DNA from: Aplysia californica
Taxonomy: Eukaryota
DNA: 64,000 nucleotides
Direction: 5' to 3'
NCBI RefSeq assembly: GCF_000002075.1
Contig: NW_004797399.1
Location: 298,746 to 362,745 of the forward strand
The translations under genes and the position numbers were made by a program. Positions 55,956 to 64,000 of this stretch are shown here, piece after piece; position 1 is the first letter of the stretch; each line of letters starts with the position of its first letter. The notes beneath the pieces are model-generated. The model was not told the DNA's origin. It was given only the letters and a program-made list of their open reading frames with translations, and made no database searches.

Positions 55956-57139
55956 GGTGGTTGTCCGTCAAACTGTGCTATCGAATGAGAGGTGCAATCA
56001 TAAATTGAAAGAAGTTTGAAGACAGAAAACAGCAAAGACTCTTGTTCTGGATCACAAGTTCACAACAGGGAACAACAGGAGGCAATTTTTCTGAAAGAGA
56101 GAAGAAAAATCTGTATTATATTAAACATCTCAAAACATTACAACTCCTTTCCAGCATGCTTCATACCTCTACACCCACAACCCTGCTGGGGAGATGGGCT
56201 TTTCGTTGGTGCAAAAAGCCACAATAAAAGCTTCTATTTCCCCACCAAGGCTACCGACATGTGCGTAACCATGTGTACTTCACCATGACACAAAGGCAAT
56301 GGGAAAGTAGTCTTCTGAGACAACTTCAACAGAACAGACAAGGGAATAGATGCATACACTGGAAAAGTGTTGACATCTGGGGTATGGCATACACAAAACA
56401 AACTCCCAGCCATGAGTCTATCTTACTCCTCATAAATCACCCAAATAGTGTCATTGAAATACATCATGTTTATTTCAGTTATTTAAAATGCGAGACCATG
56501 CCTTTATATTCCCCTGGCTGAACTTCTAAAAGTAAATTATAAGCATTCAAAAACTAAATCGGTCGTTCCGATTCTTCCGTAACTCGCAAAATAGATGTGT
56601 TATAGAGCAATGCAAACAGTTGAACCTGTCTGTAATGGTCATTCTCAAGTTACTGTAAAGTAGATATTATGTATGGGTTGGGTCTGAGATAGGGTCATTT
56701 ACTAGACTTGACAAAGTTCTCAGATGATTCAAAATCTGAAATCTTAATATATTTCCATTTTGTTTCCACAGACTGTTATCTAACAAAACTTTTTTGTATA
56801 CACGTACACGCTCAGTCTGAAGACCTTTGGCAGAAAAATTTTGTTGCAGGGGATCACAATGAGCAGGTTTTGAGGCTGACTCGAGGAAAAAACTACAGAC
56901 CATGCCCACGTTGGACAGACAACAACTAGAGAGCCCTTAAGGCAGGTTCGACTGTATTTTAAAGAGGACAGTGAACAGACAATAATATAATAATACTAAT
57001 CAATCCATAGTACCTAACAAAAATGAAGAGAACAGATTTGAACAAGCGAAGAAGTTTCAATATCACTTAGAAATTTCAGTCAATCTATCACAAAATTTTT
57101 GAAGTCCAAACTTTTCATTGCATTTGAATTTGATCAAAG

Positions 57140-57201
57140 TTAGTTTAGTTTAGTACGGGGTTTTACGGCGCTCGCAACTGCATAAGGTCATATGAGCGCG
57201 C
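57140..57201 (-). mobile_element. Tail-only (about 62 nt) retroposon with target-site duplication
   Basis: GCGCGCTCATATGACCTTATGCAGTTGCGAGCGCCGTAAAACCCCG(TACTAAAC)n, flanked by AATTTGATCAAAG 57127-57139 and AATCTGATCAAAG 57202-57214. Near-identical copy at 46100-46162. Confidence 0.8.
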
Positions 57202-58199
57202 AATCTGATCAAAGACAAACATGAACGCCAAAACAAACACAAAAGCACATCTGGGTAAACATACCTGCCACTATTACTCATGAAGAGTCATCTCTGCAGC
57301 TGAATCGTCAGGACTGGGTCCATCATGGTCCAACATCAGAAATACAACACAGCCTAACAGCTCTTTTTTTCCACCTAGGCCTACTTGTCCCCAAATAATA
57401 ATTCTAGGTTTACAAAACAAAGTACTGACCCAGTAATTCTTTCTTGCTTACTTTTTCGTTTTAACAATACCATCTGGGGACAATCTTACTATTGATACTT
57501 ACTCCATAAAAGCAGCTTCAAATATGTAACATTTAATACTCGTTAACTGTAACTGGAGTCTAATCCAGCAACATCACTTGTCTTCATCTTTCAACAAAGC
57601 CTACACCTGAAGCTACCACCAATTTTCAATTTCTCCATATCTCGCATTTACACAAAATGTCTTGTGAGTTTGTTTTATGTTGAGGTGTTTTTTTACTGTA
57701 CTTCACTAAATATATGAAACCCTACATCATTCATGATTTACACTTCAGCTTCAGGTTAAGAAAAAATGAGCAGACAGAGCAAATTTTAGGGGACAAAAAT
57801 TACAGAGACTCCTGACAATACCAAACAGACCACAAGTGCAAAGACGAACTACAAAAACTCATGCTACAATAAAGATAACTTAATTTTTTTTTAATCCAAA
57901 ATATTTTCACCGTCTGTCTTCACTGAAAAGTTGTAGCTTTAAAAAAAAAAAAAAGAAATTTGAACGTCTGTAGAGAGATTTTATTTTTGTGCTCCCACTC
58001 TCATCTTACCTCTAACTCCAAATTAGCCCCAAAAGAAAAAACAAAGCTATAACAAAGAGAAGCAAATCTGAGGAATATTGATCAAAACGGATACAACAAA
58101 ACCCATAAATGGGAAGAAGCCAAAAACAGAGAAGAAGAAGCCAATTCGAGAAAAAAGTATCCCATTTTCAAAAAAGCGGATAAATGAGCCTTTGGATGT

Positions 58200-58430
58200 C
58201 AACTTTATGAGGACAGGAGAGACGACGACTCATTTCCAACGAATATGCCAAGTCCAGCGGAGGAAGACGAGGAAGGTGAAAGTTGCGGTTTCAAAATTGA
58301 AACAACTGATAGCGGTGCAGGGGAGTTGAAAGAGGGAACGGCTGACCTTAGTCTCCCACCCTTCAAGCCTGTCAAGCAGCCTTGTCCCCAAGTTGAGATG
58401 CAAGACGGAGCGACACAATTTGACTCGATG
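58200..58430 (+). mobile_element. Second, different piggyBac-like transposase N-terminal fragment
   Basis: Acidic stretch followed by TADLSLPPFKPVKQPCPQVEMQDGATQFD, resembling the LPPF-x-P-xx-PGPQ...ATPLDFF segment of piggyBac N-termini. Confidence 0.5.
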
Positions 58431-58792
58431 CGAGGTCAACATTGAGCATTTGTGATAAAAAATTTGTTATAGCTACCAATAATTTGTTATTTTTACTTCT
58501 TTATTAAGGCATGCAACTCTACACCTGGGTGCTTCGAGACCAAGCAAGAGGATGGACCAGTGTCAACTCATCTTAACTCTTAGAGCTCTGTTCGCGACTA
58601 TTTGCATCAGTGCTCGCACATGCTCAAGGCCTGATTGCGACTATTCGTTAGCGTTAGAAACCGAGAAACAAGTTTTTTGTGCGGTCCTGAACAGCGCTTT
58701 TTATATACCGTTGACCACGCGTTTTCAATCCTCTGACCAATGCCTTTTTTTCACTGACCAGTGCGTTTTCGTCAGGGCTCCACCTTTCAAGC

Positions 58793-59613
58793 ATGGCAGA
58801 AGCAGAGGAAGATTTGCGTTTCTTTGTTGATCTAATGCCTGAGGAAGACTCAAATGATGAAGAATTTGAAGGATTTACAGCCGACGATGTACTGATGGAA
58901 GAGCCGAACCGGGGGTAACTAAATGTACTAGACTTTGCCCCGTCTCATGATGCTGACCACCCCGCCGATGTAGAGTCCGGTTGGAAAATGTTCACCAACA
59001 ACGTTTCAAAACCCCCAGTCAGTGAATTCACAGGAGCCACACTTCTGGCTACCATTAACGTTGACATGAAACCAATTGACTTCTTCAAGACATTCATTGA
59101 CGATGAACAGATTGGATCTTTCGTCGCACAAACCAACGAGTATGCTTTTCAAAAGCAGAGCGCAAGTGATGTGGGAGAGAACAAGTACTTAGAAAAGTGG
59201 AAGAGGGTGACTTTGGAGGAGATGAAAGTGTTCCTTTCAGGTAATGTATGGAATTTTTTTCTCATTACCCACAAATACTAGATCTAGATTTTAGTTTTAG
59301 ACTTGGACTAGAATTCTTTAGATCTAGATCTAGATTAGATTATGATACATGTCAGGAGGGAACAAGATCTGTTTGCAAACTCTGTGATGTCTCTTTAAAT
59401 CGTATTTTCAGTAGGCTAGACTAGATCTAGAGCAAAACCATTGCGGCTATGGTTAGCTAGAACAATAAAAATGGTGGTCTGCTAGCAACTTCAGGACAGA
59501 CAGAGAAAATAGTCGTCGGCCTTCTACAGGCAGCCAATGCTTTAAACAAGGGGCACCATGTATACATGGATAATTATTATACCTCCCCTGCTGTTTTATT
59601 TTCTGTCAAATAA
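58793..59613 (+). pseudogene. Degenerate piggyBac (PGBD4-like) transposase in predicted ZC3H11A intron 1, antisense to the host
   Basis: ATG 58793 begins MAEAEEDL...DSNDEEFEGF, then an in-frame TAA at 58916-58918, then GWKMF...PIDFFKTFIDDEQIGSFVAQTNEYA...WKRVTLEEMKVFL. A separate block at 59488-59613 reads GQTEKIVVGLLQAANALNKGHHVYMDNYYTSPAV, the piggyBac DNxYTS catalytic motif. The middle of the enzyme is missing. Confidence 0.88.
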
Positions 59614-60096
59614 AAACACTTTGCCTGCAGCTTTTGCAGACCCTTCACACAAAACAGCTTTTCTTTTTTTTAACGTTAACCTTTTGTCCCTTAACATTTC
59701 TAACAAAAGTATCAATACACAGCATCTATCAAGCAGTATTCTGTCATCATTTTTTTAAATGAGAAACAGTATTGAAATCAGGTTTTGATGCTTACTTTGT
59801 GAGTTTGTAATGTTTTTATTTTGTGCCGTAACATTTCTAAACAACATGATTGGGGGAAGAAAAACCATGCTTAACCCAAAAACCAAAAATTGAACAGCTT
59901 TGCTACTCTACAGATCAAAGGGGAGAAGGATACTACCCCTTTGGTCAAAATTTTGAGCTTTGTACTCTGACTTGAAATTTTGCCCCAGTTGTTACCGTTT
60001 AGCCCAATATAGGTGGAATGACCCATATAAAAATGCATCATCGAGCAAAAGAGCACCTTTCTGCAAGACCAGAGTTGAAGAGCTATTATTTCATAA

Positions 60097-60331
60097 GGCC
60101 ACCTCTATTCTCACCCGGGGTGAGAATAGTGCAGGCAAGTCCTTTGGCTATTCTCACCCGGTGCGCGTTCACCGTTATAGCCTAGATCTAGGCCAACAAA
60201 TTTTGCGTTCACCCTAAACCACAGAATTCTACACTGTGATAACAGAAAAATTGTAGAATTCTGTGCCGTGAACAAACGTTCCATTACAACTGTAGCCTAC
60301 TAAAAGCGTACAATTTTGTCTGTGGGCAGTG

Positions 60332-60362
<31 letters not shown>

Positions 60363-60880
60363 GAGTAGCACGAGAACTTCCGGGCAAAACAAAATGGCGA
60401 CCCGCGTAGTTCGGCTCGAGTCAAATTAAATAGCTGTAGCATCTTTGTAGACAACCAAATTAATTTACTTTTGTGTTTTAACATCATTTTTTAACTTTGT
60501 TTTGGTCAATTTGATCGTCCACACCGATAGACAGTATTCAGAAAGAGACAGAGAGAGAGAAGAGGGGAGGAGTAGATCTTGCGAGAACTTCCGGGCAAAA
60601 CAAAATGGCGACCCCCTTTGTTCGGCTCAATTTGAAAAGTGAAATAGCCATAGCATCTTTGTAGTCGATAAAATTAGCTTACTTTTGTGCTATAACGTAA
60701 TCTTTTCTTTGCCTTTATCCATTTGATCATCCACATCGATAGAAAGTATTCCGAAATTAGGAAAAACAGGTCTTGTTTCAAACCGGGTGAGAATAGCCTA
60801 AGGCTAAGGTGGCAAGTCTCACCCGGGGTGAGAGGTCAATCGTATTTCTATTCTCACCCCTGGTGAGAATAGCCACTTCC
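60097..60880. mobile_element. Non-autonomous DNA element with palindromic subterminal repeats and an internal 211-bp tandem duplication
   Basis: CTATTCTCACCCGGGGTGAGAATAG-type palindromes at 60105-60129 and 60848-60872, with partial copies at about 60147, 60785 and 60817. Internal repeat units at about 60350-60545 and 60555-60756. Confidence 0.7.
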
Positions 60881-61334
60881 ATTTCATAAAGTCGATTTTG
60901 AACCTCACTTGTCACATCCGGATACCCATCTTTTGACATCAATCAACTCCAATAGAAAGTTCAGGCTAAACATTCAGAGAGGAAAAATGCTTGATGAACT
61001 TGGATTTTTGATTTTGAGAAATGAAAAATTTTCTAAATCCTCTGAGAAACTGGATCCCCCACCACAACTTGAAAAAAACTGCAGATTAATCTTCATTTGA
61101 AAACAGAAGAAGAAGACAGTTTCCAAACAAAAATGACAAGCTGAAAGCACTGCACACCAGAGTCCAGAGATTCAATGATCAAGTGACTGGCTTAAAAGAA
61201 CTGAGACCACGAACGTTGAGATACGACCGTAAAAAGCACTCGACAGACTTGGACTCCATGATAGACAGTATTTGCAGACACTGCTGCAATACAACCCGAA
61301 CAGATTGTCCAAACCCAAAATCCAACATGTTTAC

Positions 61335-61392
61335 CTTTCAGTTTCACCTTCTTCTGGGTTTCATCAGATTTGTGACAACCGCCAACTGAAAG
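61335..61392 (-). ncRNA. Hammerhead-ribozyme-like motif (type III topology, defective stem I)
   Basis: CTTTCAG-TT-ggcggttgtcacaaat-CTGATGA-A-ACC-cagaagaa-GGT-GAAA-CTGAAAG on the - strand. Confidence 0.35.
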
Positions 61393-61949
61393 TGAAAGGA
61401 TGAAAGGTGACCACGCCACACAACGCCATATATTATACTATCAATATTATGAGTGCCCACTGAACAGACAAACGACAGCGCACACACATGCATCAATGAA
61501 TAATAAAAGCAAAGCGTTGACTTGGTTACAACAATGCTTTTCTTTCGAAGTTACTGGTGACACAAAGCCAAAGCTGTCTTGGCGTGCCGTGCCGTGTCTT
61601 GGCTTGGGCTATTTCTCATTTGATGACAAGTCCAATTGAATTGAAATTGAAGCAAACCGTTCAAACCAGACTGAAAAGTTAAAACGATAGCTCCAATTTT
61701 CTAAGCAGAACAAGATAGCAACACCCTTAAGTCATTGAAAGGCAAAGCGTAATCCCAAATAATTTATGAAGTACACGAGTAAATTGAAAAACTATAACAG
61801 TAACAGTGACAGCACCAACCAGCAACACAGTTCAGTGACCAACTCATTCACTTCTTCCTATCTTCAGATTCAATCTCGATCTACGCTTCAGAATAGTTGA
61901 AAAACAAAAAGACTAATATGAACGAAATGAACATAATCTACCCGCTTAC

Positions 61950-62105
61950 TGTATTTTCAGTTTCTTTTGAAATTGTACAGAACGTTGAAACAACGTATAA
62001 CAAAAGGCGTCGTTGTTTACTTGAGCACAATCGAGATCAGATCTATCTCGTCCATCAACAGTTCGACTTCCGGTTAGATCTAGAGAACTTCCACTTCCGT
62101 TTTGC
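61950..62105 (-). promoter_or_regulatory. ZC3H11A: Predicted ZC3H11A promoter and non-coding exon 1
   Basis: Two ETS sites (CCGGAAGT 62066-62073, ACGGAAGT 62093-62100 on -), a CpG-richer patch and donor ACA|GTAAGC at 61950/61949. The ATG exon has an acceptor at 56090/56091. Confidence 0.55.
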
Positions 62106-63149
62106 ATAATACTAAACCCAGATTTTACTGGGTGAGCTAAATAGAATCTACAATGTATTAGATCCAGGCCTAATTAATTTAATTATTTACCCTTCTGTCA
62201 CTCGGCCTGACCTTTTTTGCTCCTTTAAGCCTAGCACAATGAGCAGGCAAGGGAGTGCGAATGATGTTTTCTTCCAGTAATAATGGCTGTATGCCAACCA
62301 TGTGTAAAATACAAATAACATTGAACAGTCAAATCATCAATCCAAATTCCAAACAGATCTTTCAGACACAAATCAAGAACGGAAGTAATAGATCTATTTC
62401 AAACTCTAGAAATATTACTCAAATGTGAAGAATTTTGGTGAAAAACGAAGAGTTCAATAAAGGAAAGGAAGAAAAGATCTCTCCCAAATACAAAGAAAGC
62501 TAAAATAAACAAAGGATGACAGGACATACTCAAACTAACTGAGGAAAGAAAGCAGTCAAAATCGAATGTCGAAAAGTAGGCCTACTTACGTACCTAATTA
62601 TTTATAGGCCTATTATTTGAAGGGGGGGGAGAAAAAACAAATTAACCTATATATGTAATATGAAGCAAAAGAAACACTGATAACAGATCAAAGTCAAGAA
62701 ACAGTTAAGAATTATTTTTTTTAAGTCAATACATTTTAATACAGTGCATGCACGGCACAAAAATCATATTCAACTCGCTGATCCTGGTATGTGCTTCGAC
62801 TTCGACACACAAACATGAGAACAATTCCAGTTTGCCTACGCCAAAAGAAAATAACAGAGCCTCCACTAGATCTATATGCGATTTCCCCTCGCTCTGGGTA
62901 GGCACGGAAAACGGGGAAGTTAGGCCTTCTCAATCCCATTCCAAGTCTTGGTTTTGGTTTTGATATTCCGATAGTTACAAATTTTAAAATTACAACCGCG
63001 AGCGGAGCGAGTCCTCAATATCTTAACAAGTGATCTAGCTGTCAGTTTTCGTGGTTATGAGCGGGCAGGACAATTTAAAGCCTATCAGCCTCGCCCTGTC
63101 ACTGGTGTCAACGCCCACTCCTGTCAGGATTGTCCCAAACTTTGTTAGA

Positions 63150-63975
63150 AAATCAGAATATTGTCTAAACTCTTCCTAGCGGTGCCTGCATTCCTGCACG
63201 CTCTTATTCCGTCGGTTGTCTCCTCGACAGTGATAGCCCCCGTATGGGAGTGGCGACAAGACTCGGCCTCAAAGTTTGCGAGCTTCACATGCCGATGTGG
63301 TTCAACAGTCAATTGCTTTGGCCTACACCCAATGCCCAGTCGTCGGAGAGGTGGTCATGTCGTGTAAAGTGCGCTCCGGTTCTTTCCCACCATTGTCGGT
63401 CATCTCCTCGCTCAGCCTCCACTTCTTGCAGGCCTGTTGTCAAACGCAACAGGTGACCCGCAGTAAATGAGGTGGTTGTTCGAGAGAATCCCTCTGGCAA
63501 TGGTTAGAGGAAACGTATCCTCAATATTGACGGCCCCACTGGCTCAAGAGTGATGGATCACGGCCCTGGGACATCAATCAACAGGATGACACATAGGACA
63601 CGGAGTCACCGATAGTCCAATGGTCTCCTAAAGAGCCATTTCTAACACAGAATGGGCACATCCGCTTGGAATGAGAAGGATAAAAGTTTCCGATCCTCCA
63701 ACTTTCTCAAGACCATCCTGTACATGTATATAACTGAAATGTCTTCCCAAGCTGTGTTGACCAGCCACTGGACAAAGTGGACATTCTCTTTGTACTGGAC
63801 GCCAGCCAAACGCCAGCACAGCCGTGGGAAAGACCAACTTCCGTAAGGAGGTGGATTTTGTGGGGCGTCATGTAATCTCTGAACATCAGCTCTGACACCG
63901 TCTGGGTAGGCCTGGAGATAGAAGCGGACTACGCTTGCCTCCAGTTTAGCCTGGACGATCACAAGGCTCTCAAGG
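63150..63975 (-). mobile_element. Possible heavily decayed LINE ORF2 3' part
   Basis: GC-richer, broken coding-like frames (HLLRLTTG, LDNILIF) loosely resembling I-group LINE C-termini. No intact motif. Confidence 0.3.
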
Positions 63976-64000
63976 TTTTGTTGTTGTTTTTTGGGTTTTT

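Noticed and set aside
57265-57340. C/D snoRNA or extra 5' UTR exon on the - strand
   Set aside because: Box C is imperfect with no terminal D box or stem. There is a good donor (CAG|GTATGT) but no convincing acceptor.
58573-59880. Complete piggyBac with matched TIRs
   Set aside because: TTAA|CTCTTAGAG at about 58573 could be a left end, but I found no matching right TIR.

Overview
This is AT-rich animal genomic DNA from a gapped draft assembly. The SINE/LINE and MITE repertoire suggests a gastropod mollusc (inference). I reconstructed three spliced genes by hand with consistent GT-AG phases: PIFO/CIMAP3 (- strand, 6 coding exons, 195 aa), GTF2H1/TFIIH p62 (+ strand, 14 coding exons, 586 aa) and ZC3H11A (- strand, about 18 coding exons, about 1250 aa). 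PIFO and GTF2H1 are head-to-head across about 200 bp; ZC3H11A is convergent with GTF2H1. Introns and flanks hold RTE LINE ends, tRNA-derived SINEs, many retroposons with I/Nimb-type tails, TTAA-flanked and other MITEs, and minisatellites. The most notable region is predicted ZC3H11A intron 1, which has a sense-strand hammerhead-like core, two dead piggyBac transposase fragments and an element with duplicated ETS+YY1 modules. Other leads are a CPE+hairpin minisatellite downstream of the ZC3H11A stop, a decayed HDV-like ribozyme candidate in a GTF2H1 intron, and a near-identical 873-bp copy of PIFO exon 2 inside GTF2H1 (probably an assembly artefact). All homology calls are from memory, not database searches.
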